Source: Octopus vulgaris
Taxonomy: Eukaryota
DNA: 64,000 nt
Assembly: GCA_951406725.2 (NCBI GenBank)
Contig: OX597819.1
Span: forward strand, 22,134,001 to 22,198,000
Direction: 5' to 3'
Part shown: in pieces, positions 13,329-27,037 of the stretch
Layout: the number at the start of each line of letters is the position of its first letter
Numbering within the stretch: position 1 is the first letter of the stretch
Position numbers and translations under genes: made by a program
Notes under the pieces: model-generated
Seen by the model: the letters and a program-made list of their open reading frames with translations, nothing else
Database searches by the model: none
What the model was told of the DNA's origin: nothing

Positions 13329-14688
13329 GAACTAAAAAAGAAAAAAGAAAAACAAGTTTGCACCGATCCACACAACACAAAGGATAACATCGTAGATAAA
13401 TCGATCGAGAGATAGACAAATACTCACATATAGAAACCTAAGTCAGTTTTTAGATGACACATATTTCAAAGCTTTAATTTTCTTACAAATTCAGTGTTTT
13501 TAAAACCTTACTTCAGCAAATTAAAAGGCACGATATAATCGTTGCCATAAAACTGGAGCATTGTGAGACGGATATAAATTGCCCTATGAAAGTTTCTCTT
13601 TACTGATTGTACACAAGTCTCAGAAATAATCGATAAAACCCTCAGAAGTCACAATATTCAGACCTTTTGGTATCAACACAATACTTCTTCCTTTTTTCAA
13701 ATTTCCCATCATTTTTTCAATGCTCCTTTCCTTCTCCTGTCAAGTATCGACACTAAACTGCTCAGGAAACTTGTAACTTTTTACATTTTCCTTTTCCTGC
13801 AATATTGTTTATTTCCTTTTCTTTCCGTCAATGCTCTCTTCTCATGCATCTTCAATCCCATACCTTCTGCAACTGTTTTATTTGCATTACAATCCGGCTC
13901 ACCCCGTTGCACAATGAGACACCTGCTAGACGCGGCATCTCCAGCATTGGCTCTAGTCCCGTTCACACCGTTATCGGTAGCATCTTCTCTCATAAATGAG
14001 GCGCGATTTTAGCTTGCCACCGACCGGTATTTTTATCGAGACACCATCTGTAGCAAGGTTGCCCACGAAGATGTATCAGATAATTCTGGGCACAATAAAT
14101 CCTTAATAAATCTAAACACATTAACATATGGTTTTCAACCCAACCTTAAAATTGGAGAGAAAATATTTACGAAAAGTAAATGTTGCCTTTGAATCAGATT
14201 TTCCTCCTAATGGTTTCTAACAATCGTAAAGATCACAGAGTATCCATCAGAAAAAAAGAAAACAGAGCAAAACAAATAGCGCAGTTGGCTGTGAAATGAG
14301 TTTATTGTATTATTTATTACACGCGTTTCTGTGAGGATTATAAGAGAGAAAGATTAAAGCTTGACCCGGTATAAGGATTATCTCCTTCTTCATCGGTTTA
14401 TTGCAAATTGATTCTGGCATCGGTTTCGATTTCGTTTTCGGTTCTAGACTGGTCAGTGTCACTTTCTATAAAAATATAAATTATATAAAATAATTATTTA
14501 TATATAGCGAAAAGCAAATATTACCAAATAAAATAAGCTAGCGTTGTTAATTATCTTTTTTACTATAACAGCATTTAAATCTTTACAAATTTACAGCCAT
14601 TAAAGGATAAAGTAATGATAACTTCGATGAATTTAATTGCCAGCTGTTGAGATCTCACGTGCAGTGTAATTTCAATGACAGCACGAAG

Positions 14689-14724
<36 letters not shown>

Positions 14725-15905
14725 GACAAATACTATAACATTCTCACTTTGACTACTGTAATTAAATATACAAACATTTATACAAGCCATAAACAAAATA
14801 GGTATAAGGATACATACATAGTTATATATATAGATACATACATACATACATAATTTCCACATAAGCAGTGACGTAAATGGCCCCTACTAAAAACGAAAAC
14901 AATGCGGCAGAGGCTTAACATCGATCCAAAATGCCTTTGTATGTCGCATCATATCCTTTCGGCAACATTTTTAAGCGACATACTTGGTCGTTAGTGTATC
15001 GGTTGACCAAGTTTGCATACACGAGACTGATAAAACCATAAGACTTGGAAGGCAGCTCCTTGAGCAACACTTTGTCTGGTAATGTAGAATACAAGCTCAA
15101 AAACGTTGCATGACTCTACCGCAACGTAATGAAATGAAAGGATGAACCTATATGAGGAGAAGACTATGCATAGATATGTTAGTAGACGGCTTCGTGATAA
15201 TAGTAGCATTCGATCGTCAAAGCAGTTTATCATGGAACAATAGCCAGATTACTACCTCCTACTTTGAAGGATAAGATTTTGCAATCCAGGAACAGGAAAT
15301 ATCAACCAAGTACCTGATGCACAAAATGGATAACGATGCAGGAAAAGCCGTAAAATGTAACAACCGATGCAGACTTTGTGGAGTTCACACTGAAGTTCAC
15401 ACCCACATCATAAAAAGTTGCCCGAAAATGTCATCAGGGTATTATCTACCGTTGAGATATGGCGATGTAGCTAGAACACTCTATAATGAAATCTGTCGGA
15501 AGGATAATCTAGAGGACAAACAAGCAAGAACCCACAATATGGTAGAAACCGTTGCCACTCATAATATAATGTAAGCACAAAAGACCTGATATAATTATTT
15601 CGAATAGAGGAGAGAAACTGCACACTGTTGTGGAAATTAGCTGCCCAGAAAAAGCTGAAGATCAGTGAAAGAGAGAATACCTATGCTGAACTATTGAGAT
15701 ATCAGCAGTTGCTCTATCCAGATTACAAGTTCAGGTTTCAACCTTTAAATCTGGGGGCCCTGGGTTATGTAACGCACTACTTAATTACCAAACTTGAGGA
15801 ATTAGGCTTCTCAAAACCAGAAAGTAGAAAGTTAATTCGAAGACAACAGATCCAGTCCATCACTGGAACTCTAAAATTCTGTAAAACTTTCCAGAAGTTT
15901 ATCAT
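13329..15905 (+). repeat. Segmental duplication block, copy 1
   Basis: Collinear with copy 2: 13329-14090 = 48944-49700; 14100-14146 = 49934-49980; 14190-14810 = 54077-54750; 14845-15905 = 55590-56630. Confidence 0.85.
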
Positions 15906-15909
15906 TTAA
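14845..15909 (+). pseudogene. Degenerate R4/Dong-like non-LTR retrotransposon, 3' part
   Basis: CRLCGVHTEVHTHIIKSCP zinc knuckle and GALG...QSITGT C-terminal motifs, with stops and frameshifts. Confidence 0.75.
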
Positions 15910-16056
15910 ATATATATGAGCATGTCTATATAAGAAACTACATACACCAGAATAGATATATAAGACACACAAATCTGCACAATCTTGAAATAAACTGAAT
16001 AATGATATACATACGTACATACACAAACTTATATATATATGTATGTGTGTATAGAG

Positions 16057-16112
<56 letters not shown>

Positions 16113-16176
16113 CAATAATAATTCTCTAAACGATATATAGACAGTAACTGCTCCATAACATAAACGTCCCTTATGT

Positions 16177-16216
<40 letters not shown>

Positions 16217-16341
16217 CCGGAGTAAGCACACAAATGTGAAAGCACTCAAAGTAGAAAGAAGAGCACTCAAATACCAAAGGTAGAGTAATATACTCTAAAA
16301 GCAGCAGAAATATAACAAAAGCTGTTACTCAGAGTATATAA

Positions 16342-16407
<66 letters not shown>

Positions 16408-17717
16408 ATACAACACTTTACGTCGTTAATTGGTTCCAAGAGACACGACTGGAGTCGAATTAACTTGTCTCTAGGCTAAACCGATAATAACCATTCCCAG
16501 TTCTGTACTTTATTTATGAATACATTTTCAATAAAACTTGGTTAAGGAAAATCCATGTATGCTAAAATCTTATCCTTATTAAGTACAATATTCAATACAG
16601 CTGTCCGACTCATCCCAAAAGGTCATGGAATTGGTACCATTTATTCACCTTTCTCATGCCGTTTTATCATAGCCATTTAGCCTTCCAGCGTTATGGCATG
16701 ATGCTTAGCATTTTCATTATGAATTTTTTAAGGAGTCCTGGGGACAAAGGTAAAGCTACAAATGTATAAAAATGAGAAAGTAGCCAATAAACAGACGTAA
16801 AAAAAATCTGAGTCCGATTTGGGTGGGCTAGTCAATCTAGTGGCTATTCATCAAAGGATTCATACGCAACCTCATGTTCATAAATTACTTTAGCTAAGTG
16901 TGCTGTCCAAATTTCATTTTAAAGGAGAAAATCTTTGAAAAAGAAATGCTTCAATTTTTTCCACGTCATAAACTGATTTTGTTTTACCCTGTAAATAAAT
17001 ATTCAGGTCATTCTGTTTGTCTTATCACAAAGAAATGCAATATTTCTATTGAAATATCCATCAAATAATTCACATTGTTCATTCCGTTCTTCATAAAATT
17101 GCATTATCTGCCGGGTAAAGTCAAAACAGTTCTCACACCTATGCTTGCGATCACTAACGCACTTTAGAATGACACTTCAAATCCACACTCAATACCTAAT
17201 TGTCTAACCGCAGCATGTTACATTAATAACGATGCCTAGTTGCACTGGCACGAGTACAGTTAACAATATTTATGATTTTCTGCAGAGCGTCACTTAAAAT
17301 TGTCGATTTATCACAAATGGCTTTGGTGGTATAATAAGAGCATCTGGATGAGATAGTGTTTTTTTTATCTGGGAAGTGAATCCTTCACGTTTTCCAGTCG
17401 AAAGACACCTGTTGTTAATGTCCTGTTGTTTATATTTGTAATTCTGTACCATATTTTCCGTTTTTTCATCCTTGTTTTCGTATATATTCGCTTGTTTTTT
17501 CTTCCAAGGAATCTAATGCTCTTAACTTAGATTTTCTTGGAGCCGGCCAGATTGGAGCAGTCCCGAGTGTAACCGGCTGAAACTACTGAGATGATCTCGT
17601 ACTCGACTGAGAATAGGAAGCTCCGAATACCTCGTCCTGGTTTTTTTCCTGTCCTTTTTAGTAGTCTAAATGTCCGGATGTTTTGTTGTCGCCTGTTACG
17701 TTCTTGTTCTAGTTTTG

Positions 17718-17768
<51 letters not shown>

Positions 17769-17874
17769 TTAAATTCTTGATTTTAAGTATGTGCACGTTG
17801 ACGGTAAACAGAGGTATGAGTAAGCCTATATAGTTTTGTCTAGTTATATATTTAATGTCGAAAAATCTGAGCGT

Positions 17875-17920
<46 letters not shown>

Positions 17921-18410
17921 ATATATATAGTAAAGCTGAACTAGCACAAACACAAACATACAAGCACGCACACACAGAAATACATAAATATACAGAATAT
18001 AGCAATACATACGTACATACACGCATACATATATACATGCATATATACATTATATACATGCACAAACACACGCACACGTTCTTATGCATACACGTATGCA
18101 ACAAAACCTCAAAGAAACAAAAAAATGCCGCCTATATAACGGACTAAATCAGAGAGACGTTTGCAAGAAGCAACTAAAGAGCATTCACAAACAAAAGAAA
18201 ACAACTGGAATCTGCTAAACGAGTGGAATTGAAGCAGTGTGTGTGTGTTAATTATATTGTAGATGTTAATTGTACATTGTTAATATATTGTGTCTGTTAA
18301 TAATATGCGTTAGACACAACAAACTTTCTTTCAACACAAGAATTCCAATTAAGAATATATCAAAGCAGATACAAAAGCAATACACACGCACACACATACA
18401 CACACACACA

Positions 18411-18497
<87 letters not shown>

Positions 18498-18539
18498 TCA
18501 TACACGCACACATGTTAAATAAAAGAGACAACAAAGCCA

Positions 18540-20200
18540 AAGCTGTCCAAAATTTTCAGCACATTTACAGAGAGAAATATAGTCTTGCAACTGTTTCTGG
18601 GTAGTAGGGATCTCCCTTCACCAGAGACAATGTGAGATGTTTAAATAGAGGGAAATATTAGAGTTCAATATAAGGAGTCATTTGGGAAAAGAATGGAACG
18701 TAACTCCACTAGAATTTAACATAATCCTTAATGCACGTAAAGCACTTAGTTTTTTAGGACAAAAATTGCTGATCCACTATAACTAACATTAACCATAGTA
18801 AATTGTTTGACATTACAATAGGATCATCCGACTCCGTCCAAGTCACTGACTTCGTTGGACTATACATACTCCACTAGCCTCAAATACATTTCCCTAACAT
18901 CAAGGAAAGCCTCTTTAGAGATGACGACTAGCTCGTCACCAAGAGCGTAAATAAATCCTCTTTATAACGAGTTAGGAAAGATCTACACAATTTTTTCTCT
19001 CGCATCCACCTTGCTAATCCTTTTGAAAATTTCCACAAATCCACTAATTTTTAGTCGTAACTCTAAACTTAGGAATGTCGCAATACTCCCCATATCACAA
19101 ACCTAACCTGAATTACTTAAACATTAATTCCAATCAGCACAAATCCACCTTTGATAATATAGTTAAGGATATCTCGATTCGTATATCTGACAAATTATCC
19201 ACTGAGGAAATATTCAGTAACCAGACCCACATAACAACCATGAACTTACTGCCAACGGCTTCTGCCGACAAATAAAATACACCCCTAATACAAGGTTCAA
19301 GCAACATATATCTCAATTCATATCAAAACGACATTCCAACCAGCAGAATCACACATACATTATACTAAAACTCCAAGACATATAACACTAGATCAAAAGC
19401 TATAACGGCTAACAATAACGTGCCATATTACTCCCTCTAATTTCTAAAAATATAGATAATACGTCCCCTAAACAACCAACATAAAAGCGGCGGACGCTCT
19501 ATTCTATGGTATACACCTCCCTTCACACTAAAAGTTAAGAACTTAGCTAAATACATTTTTAACATACTAGAGACCAACTTTCTTGTGTCAACATATATAT
19601 CACTCTATCTTTAACGGATTTACATTAAAGTTATCCTACCCTTCCCCGCCCAAATTTGAATTTATCATAACAGCCTCTAATAAATAAAAACATTCCCTCT
19701 ATTATCAAAACTCACATTGTAACATCTCTGGATACACGTGCACCCAGTGTATACATAGCTGCCGTTCTGGGAACATCTGCCCTCTACAAAACCATTGCAA
19801 AATGTCTAATGTAATTTATAAATGCATCCTCCTAAAAACGTTACACAATACTACAACCATATATGTAGGATCAACTATAAATTTTTAACAGAGATACCCC
19901 GTACATGTCAATTCTTTTAGGTACGAGAAACACAGTAAATCCACAACACACGCCAGTCACATGCATCATCTCAAAAATAGAAAAATTCCCTACATCTTGT
20001 CATGGTTCATAAGACTCAAGGCTTCCATACAAAAGGTCAACGCTTAGCCTGTAAGTTATGCCAAAAAGAGACATTACACATAATAAAACACAACGCTTCA
20101 ATACTAGTAAATATACGTAATGAGGCACTAGGTACATGCAAACCCGATTTTTTCATACTTTCAAATTTTGCCCAAATCTAAATGCTGCTTAAACAACACT
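18540..20200 (+). mobile_element. Penelope-like element fossil (RT + GIY-YIG), with an inverted hammerhead-like pLTR at 18582-18628
   Basis: Translates LFDITIGSSDSVQVTDFVGLYILH and LFRDD (RT), then SCRSGNICPLQNHCKMSNVIYKC and IYVGST (GIY-YIG); many disruptions. Confidence 0.7.
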
Positions 20201-20328
20201 TAATCCGAACACCATTCAGGTAATCCTTAACAACCCTATTTGGCTTTCTATTGTCTCCGTTTTTAATTTCTTAACTCTCCAATCTTCTTTTAATTGTTTA
20301 ATACTATATAAATGGGCACGCATGCGGA

Positions 20329-20431
<103 letters not shown>

Positions 20432-20901
20432 ATATATATATTTATATATGTATATATGTATGTATGTATATATGTATAAATGTGTGTGTATGTTGGTGTC
20501 ACGTGCATGTGTGTATATGTACGCACGTGTATGCGCGTATGCATTTCTGTATTGGTGTGTGCGTGTGCATGTATATATATATATATATGTATGCAACATG
20601 CGTACGTGTCCAAGTGCACAGCTACGCAGGCCTACATAATAGTGAATATACACACACATATGTATGTGTGTGCACGCGTGGATATATCAATATACACTTC
20701 TTTCTTTCCCTCTGATAACTCATCCCACACTAGCCAGCTCAATATGTCTATTTATAGAAATTTGACCATTACATCTTAGTATTCTTCCCTTCCCTTTTGT
20801 GATCTACTACTCACTTTAGAACACCCCTATATATCTTTTGGTACCCACCTTTAGTGCCATTCTAACATAACAGCCCTCCTCATAATCCTCGCGCATATTC
20901 A

Positions 20902-21480
20902 TGTCTGGAATGTCTGGAATGTCTGGAACGTAAGGAATGTTTGGAATGACAGGAAAGTCGGGAATATCAGGAATGTCTGGAACGCCTGGGATGTCGGGAA
21001 TGTCAGGAATATCTGGAATGTCAGGAATGCGTGAATGTCAAGGATGTCTGGAATGTCTTGTCTGGAATATCTGGAATGTCAGAAATGTCTGGAACGCCTG
21101 GGATGTCGGGAATGTCAGGAATATCTGGAATGTCAGGAATGTGTGAATGTCAAGGATGTCTGGAATGTCTTGTCTGGAATATCTGGAATGTCAGGAATGT
21201 CTGGAAAGATGGGAATGTCTGGAATGTCAGCAATGTATGGAATGTCAGGAATGTCAGGAATATCTGGAATGTCTGGAATGTCAGACATTCCTGACATTCC
21301 AGATATTCCAGACATTCCAGACATTCCAGACATTCCACACATGACATGACATTCCATTCCATAACGTGACTTGACATTCCGTTTAACGTCACGTCATGTA
21401 ACGTCATTTAACGTCACGTCATATAACTTCATTTAACGTCCTTTAACATCAAGTCATTTAACGTGACGTGATATGACTCG
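20902..21480. repeat. 9-bp minisatellite (GGAATGTCW)n that flips to (GACATTCCW)n, followed by 5/10-mer TGACA/TTAACGTCA repeats
   Basis: Directly visible; orientation switches at ggaatgtc-a-gacattcc, around 21283. Confidence 0.9.
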
Positions 21481-22015
21481 AATATTCCAAAGTAGACACC
21501 CTGGGTAGCTCTCCCAGGATAGCCCCTTTCCTAAAGGTGAAGGCACATAGCACACTATCTTCACACGAAGAAGGAGTACGCCCTAATAACAAACTCCCAC
21601 ATTATACAAGAACAAGAATCCAAGGACAGAACAAAAACAAAATAATGAAAAATAATTCAAAAAATTAATCATAAAAAAATTTACTTCTAAAGACAAATCC
21701 AAGGGAGACAAACATCAAAAAGATGGCACTCAAGAGTAACGTCCCTTGATCCATTGGTTCATTGTTTTACTGACTAGAATTTACTAGAATGAACGATTCG
21801 AGACTGTTTTCTGCAATGGAGGTGAACACCTTTCTCCATGTGATCGCATTGGGAAATTGTTAAGACACTACGATATTTCCCTACTTTTCTTAGCATGAAA
21901 TCAATGGTAGCTTTAATTCACAAATAATATAGAGATTATTATTCACCAATGTGGTGTTAAGCAATCATTTCATTGTTCGACATTTACGCATACGTACACA
22001 CACATATACAAGCAA

Positions 22016-22061
<46 letters not shown>

Positions 22062-22079
22062 GTATATATATATATATAC

Positions 22080-22857
22080 TACTACTACTAATATAGTATG
22101 AAGTTTTTTTACAGAAAAAAAATTCCATCAAAAAATGTGGCAGCATATTCAAATACCTTTAAGGTTAAAATTATAAACAACTTATAAACAAGGGATAAAG
22201 TACCCCAGCTATATCTAAATATAAAATCCTAGATTTCCTCGATTGTTGGCTAGCTTTCCTCGATTTCAGCTGTACGTATTTTCTATAACGAATAAATAAT
22301 ATGTGGAAATTGACGATTTAAAAGTCTGTTATCAGCATATTGGCATAGAAATTATTTTCTTTAGCTCTTGTTTATAAGTTGTTTATAATTTTAACCTTAA
22401 GGGCATTTTAATATGTTGCCACATTTTTTTATGGAATTTTTTTCTATAAAAAACCTTCATCCTATATTAGTAGTAGACTTATTACCTTTCGCTATAGGGG
22501 CTGGTAACCACTATAAGCTGTAGTGGAGAATAGTTCACACGGGTTCTGAGGCTGACCAAAGAATTTTATATTTAGATATATCTGGGGTACTTATATGTAC
22601 TCATGATTTTTTCTTCGGCTTTTTTTTCCATGGGCACATACAAGTATTTCATTTATTTCTTTTCGTATTTTCTACTGAGGAGGAAAAAATCTATTATGAG
22701 AATAATTCCGAAATTGATTCAATACAGAATTAACGAACGTTCTTAAAAGATCCTGTTGGCTAACATTCCTCGATTTCAGCTCTACGTGTTTTCTGTAGCG
22801 AATAAATAATACGTGGAAATTGACGATTTAAAAGTCTGTTATCAGCATATTGGCATA
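22080..22857. mobile_element. Non-autonomous Penelope-type repeat with inverted and direct pLTR-like segments and a hammerhead motif
   Basis: 22081-22192 is inverted to 22367-22476; 22235-22346 repeats directly at 22755-22857. Hammerhead at 22670-22729: CTGAGGA-ggaa..ttcc-GAAA-TTGAtTCAA-TA-cagaa. Another fragment at 47035-47167. Confidence 0.55.
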
Positions 22858-23238
22858 TATATATGTATATATATACGCATATATATATTTATATATATTT
22901 ATATGCGCATGCATATATATATGCATGCTATGCATGTTTCGTATAATAATTTCAGTTCTTAATGTTATGACAAAACCCTTAGAACTATTTGAACCTCCAT
23001 AATTGGTTTCAAACCACGTGCAAACACGTTCAGTCCCACTTTTACGTTTCCGTGCGGAAGTTTAGTTTCCTATAGACCTGATTCGATCATAATGAATTTA
23101 GATAAATTCTGTAGAAAGAAACTTTGTCAAAATCCGTCATATATATATATGTATGTGTGTGCATATGTATATATATGTATGCATATATATACACACACAC
23201 TCACATATATATATAATGTGCTTATATGTTTGTTGGTT

Positions 23239-23401
23239 TTATATTTGGTCCGTGTATTCGGTGTCCCACAAAGAAACCGATGGAATGAGAACCGCATTTA
23301 AAAATAGATAAATACATGTATCTATTTGTTCATGTAAACCATTCAAGTGGCCGTAATCATGCTCAACTAAACAAATAGAAAGCAGCTTGACATGGGTTTC
23401 C
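23239..23401 (-). CDS. Gene A last exon (possible 53-aa read-through tail; 3' UTR in paralog B)
   Basis: Acceptor tgtttctctttcag|g after a 227-nt intron; homologous to the paralog's exon at 59340-59468. Confidence 0.45.
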
Positions 23402-23628
23402 CTGAAAGAGAAACAGACACGTTTTAAATTTCAAAAAATATAAAATAGCGATTTTAACAGTTTTATCATTCTACTGGAAATGTTAAGATTTGTATTTCCA
23501 CATCTAAATTCGAGCTAACTGGAGTAAAATTTAGAACTGAAGAGGAAGAATTACAAGGACAACGCAACTGTAATATGGAGAAAATATACTACATGGGTTA
23601 AATCAAATAGCTTAAAATATATACTCAC

Positions 23629-23776
23629 AGACGTGAACATTTTCCGGCATATGACACGTCGGCTTGAATGCGATATTTTGAATGATATACGCAGGTGTGA
23701 TTCCAGCAGTTGCCATTTTTTATGGTTATATAATCTGTGTTTCCCTTAGAACATAGGGCATTAAAGAACCGACAAT
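23629..23776 (-). CDS. Gene A cysteine-rich mature-peptide exon (148 nt)
   Basis: tcttatcaacag|AT TGT...CGT CT|gtgagt. Phase 1, open: (D)CRFFNALCSKGNTDYITIKNGNCWNHTCVYHSKYRIQADVSYAGKCSRL. Same length and Cys spacing as 59696-59843. Confidence 0.8.
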
Positions 23777-24359
23777 CTGTTGATAAGAAAACGATCACTG
23801 TATTGATTATTCTATTTAAACTATTTCGGTAACATAATTATGCCTATACTGGCCCAAAACTTCGGCAAAATGTCAGCAATTTCAGAGGAACGGGTAAGTC
23901 GATTACAATGACTCTAATGCTTAAATAGTAATTATTTTATCCGTCTGGAAGGGATCGAATACAAAACCGACCTCGAAGAAGTATGAATTCAAGTCAGAAA
24001 GCCATTAAAATTTCCGGTAAGCGAAAATGCCCGGCGTGCTAACTATTTTGCCCTCTCATCGTTTCAGTTAGTGATATTCTGGTATATATATTCATTTAAC
24101 GTAACTTATTACGCATTTTGGATATTGAGTTCATATTCCTAAAATCGGAATAGATTAAAGTATTCGTTTGTATTGTTTGTTGCTGGTTTTAAAGGACAGG
24201 TAGAACACATTTCTGTTTCTATATACACCAGTAACATGAAAGGTATTTGGAAGCATTATATTCGGGTCTATAGGTAAAACTGACACTACGCCGGTCACAA
24301 CATCGAGGGTTTCAGTTTTGTGCCCTTAACTTAGTTCTGAGGGTGTTTCATAATATGAT

Positions 24360-24506
24360 AATTACAGGTAAGACTCATTTCTGCTAGTTGAATGGACTGG
24401 GACAATGTGAATTAAAGTGTCTTGCTCAAGAACGCAACACACTGCCAAGAATCGAACTCACGACCATGAGCCGAATGCCCTAACCATTAAGCCACGTTCC
24501 TTCACA
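24360..24506 (-). mobile_element. Older SINE family D fragment (second partial copy at 24960-25080)
   Basis: Reverse complement reads gtgaagg..cgtggcttaatggttaggg...gttcgatt...gttcttgagcaagacact: a tRNA-like head plus core. Confidence 0.6.
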
Positions 24507-24522
24507 CGTTATAAAAGTTATC

Positions 24523-24940
24523 AAAGGCGGCGAGCTGGCAGAAACGTTAGCATGCCTGGCGAAATTCGTAGCCATATTTCGTTCTGAGTTCCAATTCCGC
24601 CGAGGTCGACTTTGCCTTTCATGTTTTCGGGGTCGATAAATTAAGTACCAGTCACGCACTGGGGTCGATATAATCGACTTAATCCGTTTGTCTGTCCTTG
24701 TTTGTCCTCTCTGTGTTTAGCCCCTTGTGGATAGTAAAGAAATAAGAATCGTAAGCACGCCGGGCGCAATGCTTATCGGTATTTCGTCCGTCTTCATGTT
24801 CTGAGTTCAATTTACGCTGAGGTTCACTTTGCCTTTCATCCTTTCTGGGTCGATGAATTAAGTATCATTGGCGTACTGGTGTCGATCTAATCCACTTGCC
24901 CCTCCCCACAAATTTCAGGCCTTCTGCCTAAAGTAGAAAG
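24523..24940 (+). mobile_element. SINE family C dimer with a 15-bp target-site duplication
   Basis: ggcggcgagctggcagaaacgttagc...gcctttcat..ttcggggtcgataaattaagtacc (Deu/Nin-like core), followed by a second related monomer. TSD gttataaaagttatc at 24508-24522 and 24941-24955. Confidence 0.75.
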
Positions 24941-25510
24941 GTTATAAAAGTTATCTTTTAGTGAACCTACTGCGGCAACGTGCATTAAAGTGTCTTGCTC
25001 AAGAACACAAAGCGCTGACAATAATCGAACTCACGACCGTGAGCCAATTGCCGTAACCTCTAGGCCACGCGCCTTCACACCTTATAAAAGTTATCTTTTA
25101 GTGAACCTACTGAACACCTTAATGTGTCCTCAATGTCGCATGAACAAAATACTACGGATTAAGCCACGCTAGATAATGTTACTGACTGTTGTTCTTTTCT
25201 AAATTTTAGTTGATTTTGGGAGGGCTGCTGACATTATGACAAAACTGAATATTATATTGACTGAAGTTTAATGTAACAGCGTAGAATAGAGGTGCTGTGC
25301 ATCAAATTTATGGAAGTAACTTGGGTATATTTTTTGTGCTTATTTGGGTCGAGGTGTTGTCGTATGTAGGCATTCGTATTCGAAAGAGTGTGTGCATCAA
25401 TACGTGTGCCTAGCTTTCAATTATAAATTGTGTGTATGGAACCACAGTTTGTATAATAGTATCGTTATACGTTTAGTTGTAACGTATACATACATACATA
25501 TACATATACA

Positions 25511-25566
<56 letters not shown>

Positions 25567-25654
25567 CATAATGTATGTATGTATGTATGTATATTTGTAT
25601 GTATGTATGTATGTATGTATGTATGTATGTATGTATGTATGTGTGTATATATTG

Positions 25655-26150
25655 TTATTGCCAAGCTAATATGGCAGTCCAGGAAAATAGGATGAATGCT
25701 GCCGTTGAATAACTCCGAGAGGCCGTTGCCTCTAGCTAGCTATGTAACACACAAACCTGTGTCCATTATAAACTTCGAATAGGGGAAGTCAGCCGCTTCC
25801 ACTTACTGGTCTGGCACCTACAGACTAATTTCAGGGTATTTGTCCCTTATCAATGCAGAGCAGCCGAACCACCCAGATGTTGCTACTGACCGTCTCTTTG
25901 AAGGATTATTTACCTAAATTCAGTGGAATACATCCACTGGTTTTCAAAAATAGAAATATTAATATTTCTAAGTCTCTCTAAGGGAGACTACGGCAGCAGT
26001 ACTTGTTATTAATAGTTATCGCCGAGCTAACATAGCAGTCAGGAAACATGGCAGGCGCAGTAGCGACACATGCCTGGTACAGCCGCTCTGCATTAATAAG
26101 TGACAAATACCCTGAAACTAGACTGTAGATGCCAGACCAGCAAGTGATAC
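25655..26150. mobile_element. Repeat with a ~60-bp inverted pair (Penelope pLTR-like)
   Basis: 25800-25862 is the reverse complement of 26085-26146. Confidence 0.45.
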
Positions 26151-26935
26151 ATTAACTTCTGAAAGCGGAACCACTGCGTTAATCTTCATTTCGATTATTG
26201 CGTAAACTGGAATCACAATCAGATTTGGTACAGAAACAATTGTTGTTACGAACCATTCAAGATGTGTTAAAGATGTCTTCATATTATCTGTGTATAAGTC
26301 TCACAGTTAACGCTGCTCAATAATTAAGAGTTACTGAACAAAGCCTATCGCATTCAAAACACAGCAAAGCAAATATAAAATTTCATTGGGATTTTGATAC
26401 ATAAAAACACGTAGTGAATAGAGGAAACGAAAGTTTTCTTTGTCAACTTACACACTTCTCGTTCAGCTACTTGCAATTTACCATCAATACGCATGCATTG
26501 GTTCCTGGCACATTTATAGGAATACTTTTCCAACCATCTTCTTCCCTCCTCATGGCATTTTTCCTTGTAGAAACATCCTCTACACCCTAAAAAAAAAAAA
26601 CGTATATTATAATAATATCTATCCAGAACTTTTGTACAGTGGGTATTTTCGAAGGAACTTTTTTTATAAACTAGAAGGTAAAAATGTTTCCAATAATATC
26701 CTTCTAATCCATATATGAAATTCAGTCGTATCATTTACCTCTTTTGCCAGTTCTGTTTTGATAAAACAAATACCTGTGAGGAGTATAGTGATAGCAATTT
26801 AATGATACGTTCTTCTACAAAGGTTTCTCCTACATGCATGGTTTGCGCAGAGCAAAAGGACTTGGTGTGAAGGGTTAAATCGCATTCAGGCTTCGGCATA
26901 AGCGTCGTGTGGTTGCTAAAAAATAAAACTACTAC

Positions 26936-27024
<89 letters not shown>

Positions 27025-27037
27025 GTAATAATAATAA

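Noticed and set aside
13781-13999. ORF pairs conserved at 13781 and 49391
   Set aside because: Conservation is explained by the high-identity duplication; both strands are open, with no sign of coding constraint.
16560-17400. Possible Tc1-like transposase fossil on the minus strand
   Set aside because: Only vague motif resemblance; no TIRs or catalytic motifs could be read.
20902-21340. CRISPR-like or collagen-like (GMS)n reading of the repeat array
   Set aside because: Contiguous 9-mers with no unique spacers and no cas genes in eukaryotic DNA; no splice or signal context for a coding repeat.
26738-26916. Exon-like segment on the minus strand (ttttattttttag|...AG|gtaaat, open in one frame)
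   Set aside because: Open only in phase 2, so incompatible with the phase 1 intron of gene A; the acceptor is formed at a microsatellite edge and no paralog is seen.
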